The notes: generated by a model from the letters alone, not told the origin. Positions 38,335 to 48,557 are shown, counted from the first letter of the whole stretch. The stretch is 59,485 nt of DNA, filler included, from 9 parts of 9 records of this genome joined end to end with filler, not necessarily neighbours in it, one strand, 5' to 3'. A program made the numbers and translations.

Positions 38335-38499
38335 ATGAAAAAGCAAAATAGATTTACAACCGCATATAAAGATGAATTTTACCCGCCAATCCCAACCCGG
38401 TGGACAAAGTTTTGGCGAACCTGTTTCCTAGTTCAAATCTTTAACTTTTTCAGGTTGAATTTAAAGATAATGCTGATCGTGGTAAAAGGGCATTCCTAA
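38335..38499 (+). CDS. Small 54-aa protein immediately downstream of sqr (not in the ORF track)
   Basis: Manual translation MKKQNRFTTAYKDEFYPPIPTRWTKFWRTCFLVQIFNFFRLNLKIMLIVVKGHS; 53 bp after the sqr stop on the same strand; A-rich leader typical of Bacteroidota. Confidence 0.7.
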   Translation: MKKQNRFTTAYKDEFYPPIPTRWTKFWRTCFLVQIFNFFRLNLKIMLIVVKGHS

Positions 38500-38785
38500 A
38501 CATTGTTTTCTGCATTTTTTGCCCTGCTAACCTTATGGCGCTTTACTTCTTTAGAAAAAAGACACCATACACTGAAAGGACATCGGCTTAAGATTGAGCC
38601 TGTCTGTTCGGCAGAAAAGAATTTTAAAAAGCAAGTCGCATAAAGTTGGAGTAGCCGGTAGTGAGACAGAAGAAAAACTATACGCTTTATGAAATTCTCA
38701 TTACTAATGCCAATCAAGGATTGAATTAGTCCATCAAAATAATTATATTTTTCTCACTTTTCACCTCGACACTGAAGGGTGAAAG

Positions 38786-38836
38786 TAAAAAAATCCTTGT
38801 ACTTCCTTTAAGAGCTGAGGTAAGTCAAGGATTTTT
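38786..38836. terminator. Long hairpin flanked by A and T runs (terminator-like)
   Basis: AAAAATCCTTG-t-ACTT-CCT...AGG-t-AAGT-CAAGGATTTTT. Confidence 0.55.
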
Positions 38837-39303
38837 ATAAATTAATGTTTCACCCCTTGATTCGAATCCAATACTTTATATTTCTCACTACTTTGTTCTC
38901 AATACTTTATACCCCGTGTCGGCAGTGGTACGTGGTTCTTCGGCTTTTATACTACTAAGTTATTTTATTAAGGATCACTGTTAAGCCTCTGAGAATGTGA
39001 GCTTCTGTTTTATTTTTTTGGTTTTTAGCATGCCAATTCGTAAATTGAATAGTGAATGTAAGATGTGCAAATAAGGGCAGTTCTTAAATTGGGAAAGACA
39101 ATTACAACTCAATCACTTCAGTTTTAATGTTTCCCCTCGTATAAGCTTATTCCCAAAGAACGGTTCTCTGGCGGAATTGTGATTCTTGAATATTATTACT
39201 ACTGAAATTATGAAACGAGCTTGTAAAAATCTCATCCCCAAGATGAAGATTAAAATGCATGCGAGTTACATACGATACTTTATTAACAATTAATATTAAT
39301 CGT

Positions 39304-39791
39304 ATGAAAACCGGGATTAAATGTCTGTTTCTAACGGCATTACTCTTCTGTTCAATCCAAGTCCCCATCAACGCAAATACTATTGTTAAATCCGGATTTC
39401 GATCACCCAATGCAATTTTTACTGAACCTGGCTTAATGCCTCTTCCAATTTGTCCGGATGCTGTTTCAAATAACGTAATTAGTACTTCCGACGCCACAAC
39501 AATTTGCTCGGGCGAAACGATAAGTTTCACTGGTACCGAACCAACCATTACCCCCTCTATCGATTCTACATTTCAGTGGCAATCAAAAACGGGTGCAGGA
39601 AGCTGGACCAATATCCTTAATGCTACAGCCATTGACTACACCACCAATAACCTGATTGAAACAACGGTATTCAGACGTTTGGTTGAATTTGTTGATTGTG
39701 CAACACTATATGCATCTAACGAAATTACCATAACCGTTAATGCAGTACCTTCTGCCCCAAACGTGAATGTGCAAAATAACTGCGGAGAATC
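39304..39791 (+). CDS. Secreted Ig-like repeat protein, N-terminus (likely large Bacteroidota surface protein; 3'-truncated)
   Basis: Signal peptide MKTGIKCLFLTALLFCSIQVPINA; repeat-type segment TICSGETISFTG..FQWQS..WTNI.NAT..Y..FRRLV..SNEITITVN. Confidence 0.7.
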
Positions 39792-39891
39792 NNNNNNNNN
39801 NNNNNNNNNNNNNNNNNNNNNNNNNNNNNNNNNNNTTAATTAATTAANNNNNNNNNNNNNNNNNNNNNNNNNNNNNNNNNNNNNNNNNNNN
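39792..39891. other. Artificial contig linker
   Basis: N44-TTAATTAATTAA-N44. Confidence 0.99.
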
Positions 39892-42144
39892 CTCGGTTAT
39901 ACTGCTTCCGCTATCAGGAGCATTGTCGGAATTCAGTATCGTTCCTTCCACGGTGACAAGGTTCGCCCCGTTTCCGAAGAAAGAGTTGTTGGCCGGGGAT
40001 GTTACGGTGATTGTGGGCCCCTCTCTGTCATCCTGAAGGGTCCGGGTTATCGTAGAGATATTTCCGTTGTTATCCTCGGCGGTTACCCTGATGGTCACAC
40101 TCCCGGTGAAGAGGGAGGCGTCAATATCGTTTACTGTAAAGGTGCCTTCGGTCAATGTTGAGACGTCCCACGCCCCTTCCTGCAGGGTCCCCGGAAGGCT
40201 CCAGGAGAGTTCGGATATATCATCCAGGACTGCGGTTGTGTTGTTTCCGTCCCTGAAGGTTCCGGTAAAACTGATTGTCGAATCATAGTAATCCATTTCT
40301 GCGGGAGTCGGGGAGGTAAAGGCCAGAACGGGAGGGGTGTTGTCATTTGTCAGAACAATATCCGAGATGGTAATGTGTTCGTCTTCCCCTGTTGCCGAGA
40401 GACGCAGGGTGATGGTGGATTCGGTGATTCCGGTTGTATCCACATTAAAATCAAAGGAATCATCGGTGCTGTTCATTGTAATGGTCTCTTTGGGGGCCGT
40501 GATGGAACCGACCCCGACTAGGGTCCAGGAGGCTGATGTTGTTTCCCCTGACCCTTCAATTCCGTCGGAATTCCGGATTGTTCCAGTAACGTTCAGAAGG
40601 TTGCTTCCGGATCCGAAGTAGGAATAATTGGCCGGTGAGTCGACTGTGATCTCAGGACCGTTCTGATTGTCCTGGAGGAGGATGTATTTTGATGTCTGGT
40701 TGCCGTTGATATCTTCAGCGGTGATTTCGATTGTGACCCTTCCACTCTGGTCCCCAGGGACCGCGATATCAAAAGAGAAGGAGCCGTCTGTGGTGCTGTA
40801 TGTGACATTTCCTCCTATTATCGTGGAGTTTGCCACAGACCAGGAAAGGCTCTCGACTTCATCCTGGCTGCTGTCGTTAGAATTATTTTTGATACTTCCT
40901 TCCACGGCGATCGATGAACCGTAGACATCGTAATCTCGGGGTGAAGTAATGGTTATATACGGACCTTCATTATCATCCCTTAGGGTCAGGGGCAGAATGG
41001 TCTGCTGGCCGTTTATATTGCCGGCGGTTACCTGAACGATGAGATCGTTCTGTTTTCCTTCGGTATCGAAGGTGTAGGAGAAGCTGCCGTCTCCGTTGCC
41101 CGAGTCCGACTCCCAGTCAAAGGTAAGGTTATAACCGTCGGGAAAGGTGTTCGGAGTGAATTCCCCGGTGGAAGGATTCAGAGTGAAAGTGCAGGTGTTG
41201 TTTCCCAGACCGGTTCCCAAAAGGGATACGGATAGGTCTGTGACCCCTTCCATCCCGGAACCGGCGGTCGAGGAGGATGCTATATATCCGTTGACTGTGA
41301 CGTCCCTGTTGTAGATCGACTGTTCATCCGGGGAGGTAATTTCTATATAGGGGCCGGCTGAAGCGGCGACAATATAGATGGTCTTCTGAGAGGAATTTCC
41401 GTTCTTGTCGGAAATCGAGATGGTAATCGGCTGGCGTGAGGCCAGATCGTAGGTGCTGAAGGAGAATGAGAAGGCGCCGTCGAAGTCTGCACTTTCCCGA
41501 TCACAGACCAGGTTACCCGGATTGGCTGTCGAGTTTTCGCTGGAGTTGACTGTAACGGTCAGAGATGAGAAATCTACTTCGTCGAATGTTTCATCTGTTG
41601 TGCTGTTCCGGACATATCCTGTAACGGTTTTGGTGTATTCGTTTGACCACTCTTCATTATCGGAGGGGGAGGAGATTACGATGTAGGGGCCTTGGGTATA
41701 AGGTTCCAGGGTGATCTCAGAATAGCCCGTGTTGGCACTCAGGTCGGTGGCTTCAACTCGGACGACAATGGTTTCCGAAAGTTCCGATGTGTCTGCAATA
41801 GTGAAACTGAAACTGCCGTCATCATTCAAGGAGAAAGTGCCGTTATATTTCTCTGCGGATTTGTTGAGAATCCCCCAGATAAGAGTGTCGCCTTTAATCC
41901 CGCCGGTAGCAATATTCCTTTCGTCGATATAATCCACAATGGAACCGTTGATGGTGACACTTGAACGGTAATAATTCCCTTCCAGTGGAGAGAGTGTTAT
42001 CTGTGGAGCCATCTCATCTTCAGCCAGAGTAGCCATAGCGGTATCAATGGTGGAAGGACAGCTGAAGAGGAGCAGGACGGAAAGTAAAAGTCCTCCAATA
42101 ACAGTTGTGGGTACAGTATTATTTCTGAGGTTTCTATTTTTCAT
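39892..42144 (-). CDS. Large surface lipoprotein with tandem ~100-aa bacterial Ig-like repeats (3'-truncated)
   Basis: SD GAGGAGGAG; spirochaete-type lipobox LLFS-C; repeats begin APQITLSP, GPYIVISSP, GPYIEITSP, GPYITITSP, GPEITVDSP, PPVLAFTSP and GPTITVTSP, most containing G.FSF and A.D..GN. Confidence 0.85.
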
Positions 42145-42148
42145 TTTC

Positions 42149-44335
42149 TTACTCCTCCTCATCCAGATAAATCATGCCGGCTTCCTCTATTTCCGTCGCC
42201 CGGGTGCCGCCGCTTCCGTCTATGGGAGTCATAATGTAGGCAAACTGGGCGACTTCGGTTGAGTCGATGGCTTCGGCCAGCTTGTAGTAAGCCTGGGCTT
42301 TGCCCTGCTCTTCAAGGCCGTAGTAGGCCCGGGAGATGTTCAGGTAGACTTTCATGGCTGTAGAGGAGTCGGCACGGTTGGTCTGTTTAAGAACCTCTTC
42401 CACATCCAGGTACTGTTCCAGAGCCCGGTCAAAGTTTTCCTGGTGAAAGTAGATATTACCCAGGTTGACTCCGGCACTCCGGTAGTTCCGGTCCAGGCTC
42501 AGAGCCTCTTTAAAAGCTTCTTCGGCCATGTCGTACTGACCCATCTGGGCGTAGACTATTCCGAGTTTGTTGTAATCCTGTTTTCTCCCGGAGGCCAGGG
42601 CCTTTTCTCTCTGTTCCCGGGTCAGACCGGAGACCACACCGTCCCGGTCGGCCGTGAAGGCTGTGAGGATGTTCGATGGTTCGCCGTACTGGAGGCCCAT
42701 ATCTTTTTCACGCAGGCCGACGGGCCGATAGATCTCCTGGGCTGTTCTCGTCTTGTAGAACCCCCGGACCTCCGGGCTGTCGGTGTAACGGTTCCAGTTC
42801 TCCATGCCTGTGCGCCAGGCATCCCTAAAACTATTCTTTCCTATCATGGTGATCTCAACAGGGACCCAGAGTTCGCCGTCCACGGGGATGGTCATATTTC
42901 GATCGGTATGGACCTTTGCGAAATCCCGGGAGGAAACACCGGTGTTGAAGGCGGCGAAGATATGGCCGGGGATGGTGATAAAAGCCGATTCCATTCCTAC
43001 GGTCTCCATCAGGCTGCAGTAGAGGACTGTCAGATCGTCACAGTCGCCTGTGATCTTTTTCAGAGTGTCCCGGGGCAGGGATACGGAATCGGGGACCAGA
43101 GCGTTGTCCTGGGCGGCGGAGAAGGGAGACATGGGGTCGAGCTGATAGAGACAGCCGATTTCACCCAGGGCATGAAAGACCTGCATTCCCGTCTGGAGCC
43201 CCTTGCTCAGACCCGGGATCTCGGCTTCCTTGCAGCTCTGGCGGATGAAACTGCCGTAGTTCTGCAGGGCCGAATCGGCGGGGGTGATAAAGGCCGCGAT
43301 CTTCCGATCGTCGTCCCAGGTCATCATTTTTTTATCATAAAGATCGTAGGCCACCGTCAGCCGCTGTTCCACGGTCCGGCGGTTTACCCTGTAGGAGACA
43401 ATGATCTCCCCGGTGAGAGGGGTGATTCCCTCGGTAGAGAAGACCTCGTTGTTGAAGGAGGCCAGGAGGGGGGCTTCTACACTCTCCCCACCGGCCAGTT
43501 CCGGGAGGGAAAAGGAGGGGGTCGGCACATCCATATACCCGGGCTGGAAGAAAGAGACTTCCAAGTCTTCAATTCCGCTTCGTTCACTGTTTGTCAACAT
43601 GACGGTCCCGATGGGGTTTTTTGCATAGTAGGACTGCATGGCGGCAAAGAGGTCCGGGAATTCCGGCAGGTTGAAGCGTATGGAGCGGATTTCAACATCC
43701 GGAGAGTCGGGGTCCTTGCCGAACCGGAAGTTGCCGCTGATCCCGAAGTTGAATGCCGGACCATTGAAATTGTCCAGGGGACTTAAAGAGTGGATATATT
43801 TTACCCCGGGAGCGGCGCAGAGGGAGAAGGAGTAGGAAGGATTGAAAGAGACTTCCAATCCCCCTTCAAATATCAGGTTATGGGCTGCTACGGCTCCCTG
43901 CTCTTCGATCAGATTCTGAAAAATGGCCTGGGAGTAGCCGCCCATAAGACGCCCTCCCATCTCATACATCTTGGAGAACTTGTGGGAAAAGGCGACACCC
44001 GCCATCCCGAAATAGTGGGTGGAATCCCACTTGGTCAGGTCGTTGGAATCGTTGGAGTTGAAGTCCAGCATTCCTCCCTTGGCCATCAGCTGCAATTGGG
44101 GCAGGGGCGGGAGGGGAAAGCGGATATTCCCCGAGAGTTCGTAGATCTCGTAGGGGGAGCCCGAGGGGTAGTCTGCAAAGGTGGAGATACTCCCATACTC
44201 GAAGCCCGCCGAGAGGGGGAACCGGTAGTATCGGTTCAGATTGAGTTGTCCTTCATCGGCAGCGGTAAGGGGGAGAACAATAACGGAAAGAAGAACCAGT
44301 AGAATGGTTCCCGAGGAGGTTTTTTTGGCGTTCAT
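42149..44335 (-). CDS. Exported protein: beta-rich (possibly outer-membrane barrel) N-terminus + transglutaminase-like domain + TPR repeats
   Basis: Signal peptide; amphipathic beta pattern in the first ~205 aa; TGDCDD..PGHIF..WVPVEIT (Cys-His-acid); TPRs YNKLGIVYAQMGQYDMAEEAFKEALSLD and NLGNIYF. Confidence 0.8.
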   Translation of the reverse strand: MNAKKTSSGTILLVLLSVIVLPLTAADEGQLNLNRYYRFPLSAGFEYGSISTFADYPSGSPYEIYELSGNIRFPLPPLPQLQLMAKGGMLDFNSNDSNDLTKWDSTHYFGMAGVAFSHKFSKMYEMGGRLMGGYSQAIFQNLIEEQGAVAAHNLIFEGGLEVSFNPSYSFSLCAAPGVKYIHSLSPLDNFNGPAFNFGISGNFRFGKDPDSPDVEIRSIRFNLPEFPDLFAAMQSYYAKNPIGTVMLTNSERSGIEDLEVSFFQPGYMDVPTPSFSLPELAGGESVEAPLLASFNNEVFSTEGITPLTGEIIVSYRVNRRTVEQRLTVAYDLYDKKMMTWDDDRKIAAFITPADSALQNYGSFIRQSCKEAEIPGLSKGLQTGMQVFHALGEIGCLYQLDPMSPFSAAQDNALVPDSVSLPRDTLKKITGDCDDLTVLYCSLMETVGMESAFITIPGHIFAAFNTGVSSRDFAKVHTDRNMTIPVDGELWVPVEITMIGKNSFRDAWRTGMENWNRYTDSPEVRGFYKTRTAQEIYRPVGLREKDMGLQYGEPSNILTAFTADRDGVVSGLTREQREKALASGRKQDYNKLGIVYAQMGQYDMAEEAFKEALSLDRNYRSAGVNLGNIYFHQENFDRALEQYLDVEEVLKQTNRADSSTAMKVYLNISRAYYGLEEQGKAQAYYKLAEAIDSTEVAQFAYIMTPIDGSGGTRATEIEEAGMIYLDEEE

Positions 44336-44435
44336 GTTGGACCTGCACTTTTATATGTTTTTTTGCTGCGTTTACATTTAAAATTATATTGCAGGGATAC
44401 GGATATAACAATAATTATTGTTAATTTATAAATGA

Positions 44436-44456
44436 AACGCTCCCGCAGGAGCGTTA
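44436..44456. terminator. Short hairpin downstream of the ABC ATPase gene
   Basis: AACGCTCC-CGCA-GGAGCGTT, followed by T-rich sequence on the - strand. Confidence 0.55.
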
Positions 44457-44475
44457 ACAATGGCCCATTTAATTT

Positions 44476-45267
44476 TTAGGAGAGGAGTGCCTCGTCGGAT
44501 GTAAAATCCGTCTTTTTGATATCGTGAAATTTCTTTACAAGGGAGTCGACAGTCAGTTTGGCCTTCTCTTCCCCTTTGATGTCGAGGATGATTTTTCCTT
44601 CATCCATCATAAGGAGGCGGTTCCCCGAATCGATGGCCTGCTGCATATTATGGGTGATCATCATCACCGTGAAGCCGTATTCATCGATAAACCGGTGGGT
44701 CAGTTCCATCACCTTGGCAGCGTTGCGCGGGTCCAGGGCGGCGGTGTGTTCGTCCAGGAGGACAAGTTCCGGTCTTGAAAGAGACATCATCAGCAGGGTC
44801 AGGGCCTGGCGCTGGCCGCCGGAGAGCATTCCTACGTTGTCGCTCATCCGGGAGTCGAGTTCCATATCCAGCCGTTTCAGCTGCTCGCCGAAGTACTCCC
44901 GCTTCTTCTTGTTCAGGGACATTCTCAGACCCTTGAATCCCTTGGAACCGGCGACGAGCATATTGTCAGCGATGTTCATATTCCCAGCGGTTCCCAGAAG
45001 GGGGTCCTGAAATATCCTTCCTATGTACTGTGCCCGTTTGTATTCAGGGGCGGAGGTGACTTCCTTCTCATTGATAAAGACCTTTCCGGTCGTCGGCCGG
45101 ATGTTCCCGGAGATGACGTTGTAGAGGGTCGTTTTTCCGGCGCCGTTGGAGCCGATGATGGTGATAAAGTCCCCTTTGTTTATCTCTACGTCCAGATCCC
45201 TTAGGACATGGTTTCTGTCCGGTGTCCCTTCCCCGAAGATCATATTTATGTTTTCCAGTTTGATCAT
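44476..45267 (-). CDS. ABC transporter ATP-binding protein (putative aromatic amino acid transport family)
   Basis: GSNGAGKT, IFQDPLLGTA, LSGGQRQAL, LLDEHTAALDP, MITHNM. Confidence 0.93.
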   Translation of the reverse strand: MIKLENINMIFGEGTPDRNHVLRDLDVEINKGDFITIIGSNGAGKTTLYNVISGNIRPTTGKVFINEKEVTSAPEYKRAQYIGRIFQDPLLGTAGNMNIADNMLVAGSKGFKGLRMSLNKKKREYFGEQLKRLDMELDSRMSDNVGMLSGGQRQALTLLMMSLSRPELVLLDEHTAALDPRNAAKVMELTHRFIDEYGFTVMMITHNMQQAIDSGNRLLMMDEGKIILDIKGEEKAKLTVDSLVKKFHDIKKTDFTSDEALLS

Positions 45268-45375
45268 TTTGCTCTCCTCCGGAAACGCAGGCTCTTCGAT
45301 CTGTACTTGGTGACCACAAGACTGGCGATGATCAGTAAACCGGTGATGAGCTTCAGATCGTTGGGCGTCAGGTTG
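45264..45375 (-). CDS. ABC transporter permease, C-terminal fragment
   Basis: Manual translation NLTPNDLKLITGLLIIASLVVTKYRSKSLRFRRRAK*; ATGA overlap with the ATPase start. Confidence 0.8.
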
Positions 45376-45475
45376 NNNNNNNNNNNNNNNNNNNNNNNNN
45401 NNNNNNNNNNNNNNNNNNNTTAATTAATTAANNNNNNNNNNNNNNNNNNNNNNNNNNNNNNNNNNNNNNNNNNNN
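45376..45475. other. Artificial contig linker
   Basis: N44-TTAATTAATTAA-N44. Confidence 0.99.
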
Positions 45476-45510
45476 TGAACAGAAACTTATGTAGGTTGGT
45501 ATTAATACAC

Positions 45511-46281
45511 TTAGGTACGTAAGCCTTTGCCTTTAGTCACTAGGTAATGAGCCACACAATACAGAATGACCACGAACACACTCAGCACACTGAACGACGT
45601 AACAATATCAACATCGGACACGCCTAAAAACCCGTATCGGAACGCGTTCACCATATAAACAATCGGGTTGATTTTAGACACCCCTTGCCAAAACTCTGGT
45701 AGCAAGCTGATAGAGTAAAAAACACCGCCTAAATAGGTCAATGGCGTCAGGACAAAGGTAGGTACTATCGAAATATCATCAAAGGTTTTGGCAAACACCG
45801 CATTGATTAAACCGCCAAGAGCAAATACCACTGACGTCATAAATACCGTAAGAAAGATGATTCCCCAGTGTTCAACACTTAAATCAACAAAGAACAGGGA
45901 AACAAAAGTGACCAGCGTCCCTACCAGCAAACCACGAGTAACACCGCCCATGACGTAACCAGCAATAATCACATAGTTAGGGACAGGGGCGACTAACAAC
46001 TCTTCAATGTTTTTCTGCATCTTTGCACTAAAAAACGACGAAGCCACGTTCGAGTATGAGTTGGTGATCACCGACATCATGATCAAACCAGGCACGATAT
46101 ACTCCATGTAGCTAAAACCGTTCATTTGACCGATACGAGAACCAATCAGGTTACCGAAAATAATAAAGTACAAACACATGGTAATCGCTGGCGGCACTAA
46201 GGTTTGTACCCAAATACGAGTAAAGCGATTAATTTCTTTACCTAACAGGCTGACAAACGCAGTCCAATAAATCTGATACAT
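45511..46281 (-). CDS. yadH: ABC-2 transporter permease
   Basis: KEINRFTRIWVQTLVPPAITM, YIVPGLIMMSVITNSYSNVASSF, PLTYLGGVFY. Confidence 0.92.
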   Translation of the reverse strand: MYQIYWTAFVSLLGKEINRFTRIWVQTLVPPAITMCLYFIIFGNLIGSRIGQMNGFSYMEYIVPGLIMMSVITNSYSNVASSFFSAKMQKNIEELLVAPVPNYVIIAGYVMGGVTRGLLVGTLVTFVSLFFVDLSVEHWGIIFLTVFMTSVVFALGGLINAVFAKTFDDISIVPTFVLTPLTYLGGVFYSISLLPEFWQGVSKINPIVYMVNAFRYGFLGVSDVDIVTSFSVLSVFVVILYCVAHYLVTKGKGLRT

Positions 46282-46290
46282 AATTTTTCC

Positions 46291-47202
46291 TTAGCTCTGC
46301 TCACGAACGATTCGAACAAACAGCTCTTCCAAACGGTTTGCCTTGTTGCGCATCGATAACACTCGAACGCCCTGCTCAGTCAACTGACTAAAGACATGAT
46401 TCAAGCCTTCTGTCTTCTCAATTTCAATCTCCAATGAACCTTCTTTTACGGTCTGAGAAATCACACCATCGAGCTCTTTCACCTGGCTCTCATTTTCAAT
46501 ATCCAAAACGAAGGTTTCTACGTGCAACTTAGATAGCAAACCCTTCATGGTGGTGTTTTCAATCACCTCACCACGATTGATAATGCCAATGTTGCGACAC
46601 AACATTTCTGCTTCTTCGAGGTAGTGAGTCGTCAGAATGATGGTGATGCCCTGAGCATTAATCTTTTTCAGGAACTCCCACATCGAGCGACGTAACTCAA
46701 TATCAACCCCTGCAGTCGGTTCATCAAGAATCAGCAACTGCGGCTCATGCATAAGCGCTCTGGCAATCATTAAGCGTCGCTTCATACCACCTGATAGGTT
46801 TCTTGCTCGCTCAGAACGTTTCTCCCACAGGTCAAGTTGAGTCAGATACTTTTCGGCGCGCTCTTTCGCCAACACCTTAGAAACGCCGTAATATCCGGCC
46901 TGTTGCGTGACGATCTGCTCAACCGTTTCAAACTGGTTAAAGTTAAATTCCTGAGGCACCAAACCAAGCTGTTGTTTCGCTTGCTCTAAGTGAGTATCGA
47001 TATCGTAACCAAACACCTTCACCTTGCCTGAAGTTTTGTTGACCAACGAAGAGATGATACCGATTGTAGTTGATTTACCTGCGCCGTTTGGCCCAAGTAA
47101 GGCGTAAAAATCGCCCTTTTTGACAGACACGCTAATGCCCTTCAGTGCTTCAAAACCACCAGCGTAGGTTTTGCGCAACTGATCTATTTCTAATGCGTAC
47201 AT
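46291..47202 (-). CDS. yadG: ABC transporter ATP-binding protein
   Basis: GPNGAGKST, LVPQEFNFN, LSGGMKRR, LDEPTAGVD, NKANRLEELF. Confidence 0.92.
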   Translation of the reverse strand: MYALEIDQLRKTYAGGFEALKGISVSVKKGDFYALLGPNGAGKSTTIGIISSLVNKTSGKVKVFGYDIDTHLEQAKQQLGLVPQEFNFNQFETVEQIVTQQAGYYGVSKVLAKERAEKYLTQLDLWEKRSERARNLSGGMKRRLMIARALMHEPQLLILDEPTAGVDIELRRSMWEFLKKINAQGITIILTTHYLEEAEMLCRNIGIINRGEVIENTTMKGLLSKLHVETFVLDIENESQVKELDGVISQTVKEGSLEIEIEKTEGLNHVFSQLTEQGVRVLSMRNKANRLEELFVRIVREQS

Positions 47203-47496
47203 AGCGAAACTCGTTTGAGGTCAACCGACCTTCTGAGGTTAAATGTTGCTCGATAAAAGCGTTTCGTTGCGAAGAAAACTATGAAGCCTAGCCATTCTAA
47301 TAGAGTAGTTTGCAACAAAGTGTAAAACACTTTTAAACGAACCCTTTTGGCAGTCTTTGTCAGTGCTTTACCCTGCCTCGTCACCAATGGGAGGACAAAG
47401 AATATACGCCCAAAGTAACACCTAGGCTAAAACACTCACAAATCACTGTAAAAATCATTTAAAAAGGCTCAAAGCCCCTTATAGGATTACCGTATA

Positions 47497-47512
47497 TGTG
47501 ACGATTTTAACA
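47497..47512. promoter_or_regulatory. Candidate CRP site
   Basis: TGTGA-CGATTT-TAACA, a 9/10 match to TGTGA-N6-TCACA, in the yadG/can divergent region. Confidence 0.4.
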
Positions 47513-47827
47513 TCAGTTTTCAACCCTAATGAGTAAATAGTTTTTATACATTTGCAAAACACTCAATATACTCAACATAGTTGAAACGGAAAAATGTTGA
47601 ATTGGTAAAGAAATGCTTATGCAACCAACGATTAGATTGGCAAGGGAAATATATCCTTACCAAACACATTGTTGTTAATCATAAGAAATTATGGATAATT
47701 TTCGCCACTCCTCAGATGAGTAATCTATAAGCAAAATAGTCAGAGATTGATATTAAGACATTGTGTATAGTCGGTTTATACCTAGGTATCTCGAGATCAC
47801 TTGGGTATAGACATTAAGGGAAGTAAC

Positions 47828-48496
47828 ATGCCAGAGATTAAACAACTATTTGAAAACAACTCAAAGTGGTCAGAGTCGATTAAAGCGGAACGACCTGAGT
47901 ACTTTACTAAGTTAGCTGAAGGTCAAAACCCTGATTTTCTTTGGATTGGTTGCTCTGACAGCCGAGTTCCAGCAGAGCGTTTAACTGGCCTATATTCTGG
48001 TGAACTGTTTGTTCATCGCAACGTGGCTAACCAAGTCATCCATACTGACTTAAACTGTCTTTCAGTGGTTCAATACGCCGTTGACGTATTAAAGGTTAAG
48101 CACATTATAATTTGTGGTCACTACGGATGTGGTGGTGTCGCTGCGTCTATTGATAACCCTCAGCTTGGTCTGATCAATAACTGGCTGCTGCACATTAGAG
48201 ACTTGTACTATAAACATCGTAACTATATTGAGCAGATGCCTGAAGTTGATCGCTCTGACAAGCTAGCAGAGATTAACGTCGCAGAACAAGTTCATAACCT
48301 TGCAAACTCAACTATCATGCAAAATGCATGGGAAAGAGGGCAAGAGGTTGAAGTTCACGGTATTGTTTACGGTATTGAAGATGGAAGACTTGAATATTTA
48401 GGTGTGCGCTGTAACTCCAGAGAAACCATCAACAAAAGCTACCACCTAGCGATGGAAAAAATCCTAAACCCAGAGCACAAATTGCTTTGTCGTTAA
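47828..48496 (+). CDS. can: Beta-class carbonic anhydrase
   Basis: [26 protein letters not shown]; start ATG 47828. Confidence 0.96.
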   Translation: MPEIKQLFENNSKWSESIKAERPEYFTKLAEGQNPDFLWIGCSDSRVPAERLTGLYSGELFVHRNVANQVIHTDLNCLSVVQYAVDVLKVKHIIICGHYGCGGVAASIDNPQLGLINNWLLHIRDLYYKHRNYIEQMPEVDRSDKLAEINVAEQVHNLANSTIMQNAWERGQEVEVHGIVYGIEDGRLEYLGVRCNSRETINKSYHLAMEKILNPEHKLLCR

Positions 48497-48505
48497 AATA
48501 AGTAC

Positions 48506-48535
48506 AAAAAAGCCCACATCAACGTGGGCTTTTTT
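48506..48535. terminator. Bidirectional rho-independent terminator (can/hpt)
   Basis: AAAAAAGCCCAC-ATCAAC-GTGGGCTTTTTT. Confidence 0.9.
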
Positions 48536-48557
48536 CAGTCTGTTCCAAGGTAAATAC

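Noticed and set aside
38496-38717. 73-aa minus-strand ORF downstream of sqr
   Set aside because: No motif or convincing start context; likely spurious, unlike the + strand 54-aa ORF.
42443-44302. 447-aa and 170-aa + strand ORFs
   Set aside because: Antisense to the transglutaminase-like/TPR gene; no recognisable features.
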